From: Octopus bimaculoides
Taxonomy: Eukaryota
DNA length: 33,000 bases
Direction: 5' to 3'
NCBI RefSeq assembly: GCF_001194135.2
Contig: NC_068985.1
Location: 67,632,728-67,665,727, forward strand
Positions 10,199 to 20,814 of the stretch are shown here, one piece after another (positions within the stretch are counted from its first letter, which is position 1; each line of letters opens with the position of its first letter). The translations under genes and the position numbers were made by a program. Under the pieces are notes generated by a model. The model ran no database searches, had not been told where the DNA came from, and saw only the letters and a list, made by a program, of their open reading frames with translations.

Positions 10199-12229
10199 TT
10201 CATTTTCGATATATTGAATAAATCCACACCCCTTTCTTGCTTATATTTTGAGACTATTATTGAACGGGACTTTTTGCTGAGCACAGCATTAATATTTTGT
10301 ACTGCTAGTGATTTTCTTTTTTACCATATATTTTACAGTTGTCGTTTACTAATTTTTTCGCACTATTAAGATTGATGTTTACTTCTCATCTGATTCAATG
10401 TGTGCACCTTATTGATGGATAAAAATAAACTTACCTTCAGCAAGTACTTTTAATGATAGACTGTATCTGAGAACAAGACAGGGGTTCATATTCTAAATGA
10501 TATATGCGTATATTTTGACCTGGAAAACTTTAAGTTGAAAATTGATTGTTTTGCTACCTTCAGGGCACAGCTATTCTACCCATCGGCAATTTACTACTTA
10601 TTTATGTTAATTTTCTTGTTTTCCTTCACCTCTTCTACCTTTATAACTTTATTCTTTCCAATTCCTTGTAATCATGGCAAATCATTTTTTGCAGTCGCAA
10701 TCTTCTTCAACTTATCAAAATGAAATTTAGTTATTTATGCCATGTGCACACATAATTTTCTCTACCATTTTCTTAAATCACCCTCATTAGAGCAGAGCTA
10801 TACAAATATAATGTATTGAAGATGTGGTCGACGGAGATAAATTTTGCTATTTAGCTACTTATTCACATATTTTTGCAGATGTCTCATTTCCTGCTGCTTG
10901 TCTCGTTCATGTTGCTGGTCGGTTCTTACCTCATGCTCTCAATACCGTATAATTTCTCGACCTTTAAATGATGTAATTATAAGTTTCCAACGGCTATGCA
11001 CCATTACCTTAAAACATATGTCCATTTAGCAACATCTATTAATATTCAATATCTCTGGAAAAGAAGTAGCAAAACTCATCTTATTAGACGGAAGACCGCA
11101 AAGCATATTACATTCCTTTCCCCTGTTGTAGATTCCCTCGTAAATATTTACTCTCTGCATTTTGCGTGCTCCCATGTTATACACAGACACACACATATAT
11201 ATTTATATGCATACACACATACACATACGCACCCCCACACACATGCATATACATACACGTAAGTATATTTATTTATGAATATATGTATGTATATGTATGT
11301 ATAAGGCAGATGGAGATATACGCCAGCTTCATTATTCACATTCGAAATCAAATGCCAAGTGGATTTATTAATATAGCTGTATGGCCTTGTTCGCCTAACG
11401 ACGCCCAATACTGACCTTGACTGTTTGTAATGGGGAGGCAAATTGGAATTCCATTTCCTATTTTGTAATTTCTTCCTTCATTACATTTACAGTGTGCTTA
11501 GAAATAGATAATTTCTACTATATTTTAGCATAACGAGGAATTTTATATTTTACCTAACTGCTATTCGTTATTGCATTCTCATTTCCTTTCACCGTAAACC
11601 AATGTTCTTTTAAGAGAAAATATAATGAGAAAATTTAATTTCCGTTAGATATATAATTTTACTTGACCTCCTGAACATAACGTGAGAGGAAGCATCACGT
11701 GATCTCTACTTGTTTTATAACTGTTATAGACTCAGGTCTTTTGTTTTTTCTGCTTATATGAAAGAAATATGTGTTGCTCCAGTCTTTCGATTTTGCACTT
11801 TTGCTTTAATATCTCTCAATTTACAAAACTTCTAAATCCGTCAGATTGTAGTTGAATTTTAAACCAGGGTTGACTTTACTGGCAATAACGATATATATTC
11901 CGTTCCGTTAATTGTTTAAAATATTACAGGTCCTCACAACACTGAATTAGCAAGATTTCCACATCTCCACGCTTAATAGTATAGGGATTGGCACTATATC
12001 CTACACGACGCATTAACAAACACAGTGCATATATATTATACGTATATATATATATGTATGATATGGTTAAAATAATGGAGTCATTAGATTGTCGACCAAA
12101 AACTTACCGATATCTGTTCCGGCACTCTGCATTCAGATAAATGTAACTAGATTCAGCTTTCATCCTTCCAATGACGATACATTAATTGGTTTGCTCTATC
12201 ATCTCTAAAACTGTAGCCTTTGCTGTAGA

Positions 12230-12450
12230 AGGGACGGTAGTTTGAAACCCATACACTGCACGTTATGCTCTTCAGCCATATACTGAAAATAAAGATGAAG
12301 AGGAAGTTTATAACAGTAATAAGGGCAACAGGAATCATTACGCTACAAAGGTACCCTCTCCCATAGCAATGGTTTCCAGCTTCTTTCACTTTTAATGTCA
12401 TCCAGTTTTCCTAAATGTCCAAAGGTGTAGAAGCTGAAACTAGATTATTT
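12230..12450 (+). pseudogene. Possible AP-endonuclease remnant of an RTE-clade LINE
   Basis: YALQPYTENKDEEEVYNS ~ VYAP....DEE.E.FY; SNGFQLLSL ~ N.NG..LL.F; KLDYFAL ~ QIDYIL. Same strand as, and upstream of, the RTE RT fragment. Confidence 0.35.
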
Positions 12451-12859
12451 TGCTCTGTCCTGCCTTTCCTTTCTGCGTTCAAATGAGGACACTGAGCCAG
12501 TATAATTCTGTGTTTTAAGGGGTTTTAGGACCTTATTGTCCCCTTTCTAACAATCCTCCCATACACCAACTGGGAGCTGAGAACAAGCCTGATGTCAACC
12601 TCTATGCTGATTCAAATAACTGTCGTTAATAAATCCTTTTGCTCCAAATTCATGGTTATTGATATGTGAACTGCCAGTATTTTCATTTCCCAAACTAATT
12701 CAGGTGATAGCATATGCTCTGCTTTGCTTAAATCTGGTGATATTGCTCCACATAAGTAACAGACCATCTTTCAGTTGTTCTTTTCAGAGGATTTGAAAAC
12801 ACAAGAAGAAAATTTGTAGTTAACTTCAAGATTTTTATGAGGAATATAATTTGCTGATC

Positions 12860-13604
12860 CAGTAACTTAAAAGCTGCAATCCAACGGGAGCTTGGCAGAA
12901 AGAATCTGAGAGGATACGAAGAAATGGAAAACGATGAACAGCATGAAAGACCGCTTCGAGTATTCTGTCCTCTGTAAAGCGATCAGACAATATCAAGGAC
13001 ATGACTTCAAGAATTATACACTGAAGAAATTCATGCCGGTTGCAAAGCTAAAGAAAAATTTAAGAAGATGCAGGAGATAGCTGACACTGTATATGTCAGA
13101 GATAACGGCGCTTAATAACAAGGATGGGCTAATGGTGATATACAAAGGTGAGATAGAGGAGATATACAAAATATTTTACAGCAAACTTTTTAATTCTTCA
13201 GTGATGCTTCATCCCCACATCACCAACGATGCTGGAAGGGTTGTCGCCTATTTTGATTAGTGAAACTGAAAATGCTCTAAAACTGAGGAAAAGAGACAAA
13301 GCTCCTGGGAAATATAGTATCACAAGAGAGATGTTAAGAATCGGAGGTGAAGAACTGCGGAAAATCTTCGCCTCAATATGGAAAGGGTCAAATAACATCC
13401 TGCTTTATAAGAAGAGTGATAAAGAAGATTTTAAAATCTAATGCTCTTTGTGCCTCTTGTCTCATCTCTATAATCTGTTTACAAAGATTATAGCAAAACT
13501 TATTGACGACAAACAGCCAAGAGAGCAAGCAGGTTTCCATACGAACGTTATTACGATAAATCACATATTCATTCTAACACAACTCATAAAACCAGTAGAA
13601 ATAT
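12860..13604 (+). mobile_element. RTE-clade non-LTR retrotransposon, ORF2 linker and N-terminal RT (pseudogenised)
   Basis: PILISETENALKLRKRDKAPGKYSITREMLRIGG, ILLYKKSDKEDFKI*CSLCLLSHLYNLFTKII, QPREQAGF, TINHIFILTQLI match RTE RT motifs (KAPG.D.I..E.L; L.KKGD....NYR.I.LL...YK.FT.I; QP.EQAGF). Stops and deletions present. Confidence 0.88.
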
Positions 13605-14229
13605 GATGTTCTATTCAAGATTGGTTTCGGTTTCTATATCAATGCCAAGAACTTCCTTTACTTGATTCCAAATGCCAGCCCGATATTCAAACCAAAAATA
13701 TCAGTACCACTCGTGATTCTGGCAACCAATAAGACTGAACCGAAACGCCTGGAGGACGTCCTGCAATCGGTAAACTGTTCAGTGTTATCGGTACCAACTG
13801 TAGTCGTTAGAAACGCAAACAGAAGCGTTCGTGTCTATGCCGATTACTTCAACGATGTAAATGAAGCATTGCAGAAGCTTGAGTACTTACTGCGCCTATC
13901 TGGTGATATTTTCACAAAGATGAATAGCAGGGCTTATTTTGCAAAGCTGGGTCTCATAAATGCATACCTTCAAGTTGAAGTTCCGGAATAGTGCAGGCAT
14001 CAGGTAACAATTAATACTAATAGTATTCTCTTCCAATATCACTGCTTACCTATCGGATTGTGAAGCGTGCCCACAATGTTTCAGCAATTCATTGACATCA
14101 TGCTGATCAGAGTTGAAGAATTTACTGAAATAATTATCACGAGTGCAACTAAAGAGGCACTGCAGCTTAGAGTCTATAGTGTCATACAACAGTCATAAAA
14201 TTATGGCTTTAAGTTGAAGACAGAAAAGG
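13605..14229 (+). mobile_element. Ty3/Gypsy LTR-retrotransposon RT fragment (K02A2.6/Mag-like), inactive
   Basis: DVLFKIGFG..LIPNASPIFKPKISVP, PTVVVRNANRSVRVYADY..VNEAL, DIFTKMNSRAYFAKLGLINAYLQVEVPE, VTINTNSILFQY..LPIGL*SVPTMFQQFIDIML, NYGFKLKTEK. The YLDD motif is deleted (VEEFTEIII). Confidence 0.9.
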
Positions 14230-14420
14230 GGGAGCACCTCTAGGCAACTTTGTAAATTGACTTGTTGCTTCTAAAATTGTGTACTGTTATTTGACTAGTT
14301 TTACATTACTAAGAGTCCCTCGCAGCAAGGTATAAAAGATGGCTTTCTCTCGGCCAATTTCTATGTGAGATTGGTGGCCTTGCGCGTCAGCTCGTGCTAG
14401 TTAGCACGAGCTGACGCGCA
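14222..14420 (+). promoter_or_regulatory. PPT-like tract (agaaaagggggag, 14222-14234), TATA box (tataaaag, 14331-14338) and perfect hairpin (14381-14420); possible 3' LTR
   Basis: Motifs seen directly. The LTR interpretation is inferred; the base after the PPT is not the canonical TG. Confidence 0.35.
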
Positions 14421-15399
14421 TGGTGATCTGAGATAGGCAGTGATGTTTTAAGCGCACCACCCGTCTAGCTCTCCATGCCTGTATTTGACTGCATAGACTT
14501 TCGAGAAGTCCACTTCTGTCAGCGGACAGATGGGAACGTCTGAGTCGGCTCTTCCATAACCTTCTTCCACCAGATAGCCCGAAACAATTGCAATATTCAT
14601 CCCAGATAGCATTATGAGGACACCCTCTAAACGCCTGAAGATATCTGGCTGAAATACACTTGAAGGTCATAAAGTGCTACTAGTCTAAATATACCCCCAT
14701 TCCTGTTCTTTACATGCAGTATCTTCTATTTAACTTCTGGGTTCAAGAATATAGTCCGCATCTTGAGATCTAGAAGCTTCTGAAACCATACAGGAAATTA
14801 AAATCCCAATTCCAGTCAATTCATGATATGAACACTTCTTACATGAATGCTTATAACCCAGAATCTCAGGTCTCACTCACAGTTACTAGAACTATACCTA
14901 ATAACATGCTATTGAGCTTGTTGCTTGTTTCCAAGGTTGACGCTAGACCACATGCATTTATACTACCTATTGTAAGACCTTGTTAGAAGCCGAAGTGTAA
15001 ATGAAACTTTTGATGACATTTCTATGAATTAGACTAACATTAGTTACTCTAATGTACTTATTGTTTTTTGTTATGCTTGTGTGTAGGTGTGTGTGGACTC
15101 GTAGCCTTCGTTGCTCGGGGTTAGGACAATACAGTTACTGATATGTAGTTTTTTGTTCGACCTGGTCGTGTTCTGATTGTTGGTATTTGGTTGTCCTTGT
15201 GCGCGTAATATTCTTATGGTAATAATGGTTATGATCATCTTGATATTACTGGCGTAGATCCTGCTGGGTTTGGTGTCAGTGCATCGCTGCACTAACGTAT
15301 CTTCCCCTTTTGTTCATTTGGTCATTTTTTTTATTTTTAGGACGCTTAGTCACTTTCATATTCTTTATATTAGTTACCTTCTGCCATTAAGATGTCCCA

Positions 15400-16330
15400 C
15401 TGTGTCATTTGTCTTACCTTACCATTAATGTAAGTCGGGGTGGGTCAAGTCCGGCGATTATGGCGAATTTGTGGTTTTCTATTCTCTATATATCTGTTGT
15501 TATTTTTGTGTTCTGTTGCTGTATTGTTGCCGGTTATATCGTGCCCTATCATTGCAGTATATCTTCTGTTGTTCTTTTTGGTTTTGCTTCCACTGTTGGT
15601 GCTGTTCTTGATGTTTTGAAACTGATGCTGCAATAAGTATTGAAGTGTTTTGTCGCTGCTGTACTGCTGCTTTCGTGACTGCTAGGTTTACTGTTGCAGG
15701 TGCTGTTATTGTTGCGCCGGTTGCAGTAATGCTGCATGTAATGTTTTAGGTTATGTGTTTTTGCTGTTAATGTTCTTGCTGTTACGATGGTGTCAGCAGT
15801 AGATCGTGCTATTTTCCTCTCCTTGTCTGCTGTCTCACTACGCATGAGAAGCTTTAGCTCTTTCGCCTAATGGCCACGATAGTACCAGGCATAGTCATCA
15901 GGGCCTATAATGTTTTCCTATTTTCTCAATTAGATTGGATCAATTGCTCAATCCTTTGGTCTCATCAAATGTTTCTGTACCGTGTATGAAGGAGAGGATA
16001 AAACCCCACCAATGTTTAAATCTGGAGGCACACCAACCAACTTTATTTTACCTGTCTTACATTCCTTCAGCCAAGGTACATTGATAAAAGTATATCTTCC
16101 TCAATGCTTACGGTTGTTGCGGAGTATCTACTTGCCTCATATTGTGTTGAAAACCTCTCCTCTATAGTGCCATATCCCCGCCACCAGTGCCGTAAGATTT
16201 CGTCAATACATCGACTTGGCTCGCTTTTCTATTTGCTGCTGTATTACTTGTCCTAGTTGCTAATCTATGCTATTTATAAATGATAATTTTGGGAATTCAT
16301 TCCGGTATATTTAACGCTATGTTTTTGTAT
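15400..16330 (-). pseudogene. Divergent decayed ORF1 of the L1/Tx1-like LINE family seen at 29.9-31.3 kb
   Basis: GYGTIEERFSTQYEASRYSATTVSIEEDILLSMYLG*RNVRQVKIKLVGVPPDL aligns with KYATVEVRMESEEEARLHSISPLKTEEVILLLIYMGRRTSRINIRGNPPDL of the 30.7-30.85 kb copy; KIIIYK*HRLATR ~ RTVVFKTMKIATR. Followed by a low-complexity Q/N/T-rich tail. Confidence 0.65.
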
Positions 16331-16673
16331 TCATAAATATTCTCAGTTTTGCGTGGACTAAATATTTCTTCTTCCAATTACACACCAACTCGTGAGACAA
16401 ATAACTTTTTAATCACGATGTGATGAGTTTTAGCAGTTGGTTGTTTGGTGGTGATGGAGGTGTAATTTGCATGTGTGTTGAAGCAACTATTTAATTTTCA
16501 CTTCTCCATTTCTTATTTTCATTGTTGCTATTGTTTTCATTTTGACTGATATTGTTGTTAATGGTTTTCCGTTAGAGACGATCAAATATCACAGAAATGA
16601 CTTTTAAAATCCCGTCATGTATGTTGAAACTACAAAGAAGATTAACATGTTCTTAGAATCTGTGGGACTTTAC

Positions 16674-16676
<3 letters not shown>

Positions 16677-16720
<44 letters not shown>

Positions 16721-16730
16721 NNNNNNNNNN

Positions 16731-16758
<28 letters not shown>
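16677..16758. repeat. (AG)n microsatellite spanning a 10-N gap
   Basis: Directly visible. Confidence 0.95.
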
Positions 16759-16765
<7 letters not shown>

Positions 16766-19027
16766 GGAGAGAGAAAGAGATGGATAGACAGACAGAGAAA
16801 GAGAAGAAATTTTGAGAGCCGATTGAAACTTACGATCAGCTCCAGCATCATGTTGCTGATAGCATAATAAAATCAACAACAACAACAGCAGCAGCCCCAG
16901 CAACAACAACAACACAAATAATAATATCATGATCATCATAATATTGTTTCTATGAATTTGCGTTAAAATTTATTAACTCTTTCAATAAATGATTCAGGTA
17001 ACAATTAAATATGTAAGAATGATTGATTTACCTGTTCTAGAGTGGAATGTAAGTGTTTAGTTGTAAAATCTAGAGTTTCGAACATCTATGGATTTAAATT
17101 GCTGCTTGTCCTCTAGGGATTTATGGTACTTGTGATGTAAATATTCGATAATATAGAAGTGAAAATGAAAGAACCATTGTCGACATATTCATCTCAATTC
17201 TGCTGTCAATTGTAAAGAAACCTCTCATAATATTCTAGAAGAATTAAGAATAGCTGCAAGTTTATTGATTCACCGTTTAGAAAATGTAGTTTTGTAATAC
17301 ATGATTAAAGGAAAATTTCGAAAACTACATTCTTAATCCATATTTTCCTTTATTGTATATTAATCTATTCTTCATTTTCCATATTTTTTGCCTCATACCA
17401 TATATGGCGATATATTATAGCAATCTGTACACGAAATAATTTGTATCTTTGTATGAAGGTATGCATACGCAAGTAATATATTCATAACAACAATTTAGTG
17501 AATACGATTTTGGTGTATTTTTTTTTAGAAATAATAGATCGTAGACAGAATCAAAATCCTTAGTTGTTGAAAGTATAAGATTTTTGTCTTTATATCTCCA
17601 TCAGTAAGAGAGATCAAATGAGATACAAATAAACTGTAGACACGAGCCAGTACAGGAGACTTGAACTGATGATACGGAAATGACTAACTCTAACACACAT
17701 ACAATAATTTACTGTCTTAGTTTCTAAAAGTCTATATCAAGTCTGCAACCAAGCAAAATGGAAGAGTAGATTACCTTACATGTTATCTCGTTGTCCGCTA
17801 ATGAAGCTGAAAATGTGACTAAACTGCGGCAACACCAGTGACCGAATGCCTTTCATATTTTAGAGTTGAAGTTGTTAAAATAAATGCACATAACTATAGA
17901 TGTATACAGAAATACATAAATTTACACTTCTCTTTTTAAGACTTTCTTTCATATTTCCTTTGCCCTCCAATCTTCTACCTGCTGCTGGTACTTCTGTTTA
18001 TAAGACTCTCCTTCACATTTCCTTTCCCTTCCAATCTTATTCTCTGCTGCTGGTGCTACTGCGATCACTGCGAAACAAATCCCCCAAATGTTTTCGTTCC
18101 TTCTGGCTTTCACATTTGGAACGTTGCTAGGATTGGACGTTCATGAAATCCTGTTTGGTTTCCGTATTTATAATGACAAAAACGTACCCACTTTTGCCCA
18201 GTTTCGACTCTTTGAATGCTGAATTTCTGTAGCTTAGCGAAAGATTACCATATGTATAATGAGAAAATAGGGACAAATTATACAAGCGGGTACCGTGCAA
18301 GCCCTCTGTTACAATTCAAGTTATTACCTACTACATAAAGAGGTAAGGAGCACCTAGGATTACTCGCGGTAAGCAATCCCAGTATACTTCATCCGATGGA
18401 TAAATCCCGGGTTCTCTTCACTGGATTATAGTTTCCCCGAATGTAAATCCTGGTCAATTAAAATGATTAAGGAGTTTAATACATCTGCATATTTTCTTTT
18501 ATTTTTAGAGACAGTTACGTAGCATATTTGATTTAAATGTTTCGGACGCTCGTTTATGCTCCATAGACATCTAATAAAATGTATTTGCACGCAGTTACAA
18601 TCATCCGGAGATTAGTCTATGCAGCTTGATACAAGATCCAGCCACTGATGTGCTCTCCAACAAAATAGGAGTTTAGATATTTGGTAGGTGATTATAATTT
18701 TTGAGTGCTAGTGTATGAGAAGAATATTTGGAAATCTGATATGACTGTAAAACTGCTATCCTGTTGACCCTATAATGACCCCTGCCTTGTATGTTAAATG
18801 TATTTGGAATGTAAATGGGTGCAAATACAATTTGCGAGATGTCTATGCAGCGGAAACGTATGTCGGATACATTTAAATCAAATATGCTGCATAAATGATT
18901 GCATACTTTTTTTTAAATGCAGGTGCATTAATATCGGATGTATGTATGTATGTATGTATGTGCATATGTATGTATGTATACATTTAAAACAGCTTGAATA
19001 CATGTATCGCAACAAAAACGGTCATAC

Positions 19028-19345
19028 TTGAGAAGAACGATCGTAGATGATGAGTGATGAAAAAGGATTGTTTGCAACAGCGTGCAACGAACAAGGTGCT
19101 GGGGGAAAACGAAGCGCACCAGCTTTAATCACCACAAAATCTGGTCAGTATTGGAAGAAGTTGGTGCTCCGAACCTTGCGAGATTGGTAGAGTATTCTGC
19201 ATAATCTACATCTTCGACAAAATCAGACATTGAATTATTTTTCTCAATTAAAGCAATTGAAAGAGGCAATCGACGAAAAGCGTCCATAATTGACCAATCA
19301 GAGGGGTGTTGTCTTCTTTCACGAAGCGCTAGTCTACATGGTTGA
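19028..19345 (+). mobile_element. mariner (DD34D) transposase fragment, mellifera-subfamily-like
   Basis: LRRTIVDDE**KRIVCNSVQRTRCWG ~ L.RI.TGDEKW..YNN..RKRSW; KKLVL..RDW*SIL ~ KKV.L..WWD.KG; QTLNYFSQLKQLKEAIDEKRP*LTNQRGVVFFH ~ EKRPELTNRKGVVFHHDNA. Frameshifts and stops present. Confidence 0.85.
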
Positions 19346-19499
19346 ATGAAATTCTGATCAAATATGTGGGGGGGCATATGTAAAACCTCGCAGAGGTTGT
19401 ATGTAAAAATTAGAGTAGTATTTTATAAAAAAATATCAAATTCATGCGATAATATTTTGAGCACAGTATCACTCAACTTCGGTAGTTCAAACGGTATCC

Positions 19500-20757
19500 T
19501 TTTTGTTCAGTGGCACTATTCTTTCGTGTACCAGAAAAACATATTCATTATAGTATCTAGTTTTGTTTCTATCAGTCTTCTTTTGATTTCTAAAATTTAT
19601 TTCCATTTGTCTGCCTCACTTGTGAGTTCTGGTTCGCCAAACACAAGCTTTGTCAGCATTTCTCATATAATTACAACTAAGTTCAAATCTGTACTTCTCG
19701 CCGGCCATTCCAATAGACTTATTTCCATGTCAGGCACCCATTCCATGATTGTTTTGATATGTGACTGCTGCAGTTATCCTGCTGGAGGATATAATTATTT
19801 CCCATCTTGCCTCTACTACTATGCACGGCTCTCATTGGCAGCGGCTAGATGTAACTTATGCTGTTATATCTTCCTTTCAGCCAATCTAACCAAATATATT
19901 CCCTTGGAAAGACTGTATTCTATACCATTACTACACCTCTAAACAACTTCCTTTTGTTGAGCATCACTGGTTCATATTTCATTGATCAACAGGACCGGCC
20001 ATTGCGTCCATCGAACTTAAATCGCTTCTCGTCAGTAAAAATCACTTGCATAAACCAACAGGTGTTAACCATAATTTTGTGCAATATAAATTTAGCTTAT
20101 GTTTTTTTTTTTTTTGTTTAAATGAGTTTTCCTCTTAGCCTTTCTATACGTGTATCCAATTTCTATCAGTATTGCTTTAACTGTTCGAATATTTACATCT
20201 ATATCACCTTTCTCCTTCACTTTCCGTGCTGTTATCTTTTCTCCAGCTGTAATTACACTGGACGAAGTCATCTTCCGTCGCTTTTCTGTTCTCTCCCCAA
20301 ACACATATAGTCATTCTTTAGCATATATTTCACTGTAGATTTTGGAATCTTCAAATCAGCAACTATTTTTACTAGGCCTAATACTTTTCTTCCTTTGAAT
20401 TAGTGAAATGATTTCTTTACAATGTAGTTTACGCTCGAAAAATGTTTTTATTTCTCCAATAAAGAAAGGTGTCTTGATGGATAACACTTATTGCACTACT
20501 TCATGTTGCCTTTGCATTAGAAAATTTGCCTAAAATCATTCAAGGCATTGTCCAAGGTGATACTAAAGCAAGTATTCTGTTATGTTCAAAAATATACAAA
20601 ACGTGCTCGTAGTACAGGAATGACTGAAACAAGCATCTTACTTTCAGTCAATATAAATATCACAGATATGAGATCAGCCTCTCTCTAACTAGCTCCACGA
20701 AATAAGCTTTCTAGAATTACTATTTTGTGGAGCCTAAAAAAATTTGCTGACGCCCTG
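19500..20757 (-). mobile_element. Tc1/Tc3-like DD34E DNA transposon, pseudogenised, one TIR visible
   Basis: HTH IVADLKIPKSTVKYMLK; VNIRTVKAILIEIGYTYRKAKRK; VIFTDEKRFKFDGRNG (20028-20045; Tc3 VVFSDEKKFNLDGPDG); GVVMV*; ILQQDNCSSH (~19760-19790); LLEWPARSTDLN (~19681-19715). Terminus TA|CAGGGCGTC at 20757-20759. Confidence 0.9.
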
Positions 20758-20776
20758 TATGTATGAATATACATAC

Positions 20777-20814
<38 letters not shown>

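Noticed and set aside
10879-11070. 30-aa hydrophobic plus-strand ORF after a ttttgcag acceptor, and a minus-strand acceptor/donor pair
   Set aside because: The minus-strand exon has stops in all three frames; the plus-strand peptide has no homology or other support.
12450-12780. Possible inverted 3' piece of another RTE on the minus strand
   Set aside because: Only faint similarity (FGK, IWSKRIY) with many stops.
17667-17682. CTGATGA-tacg-GAAA and other isolated CTGANGA hits (e.g. ~14635, ~27021)
   Set aside because: No viable stem II or stem I; expected by chance.
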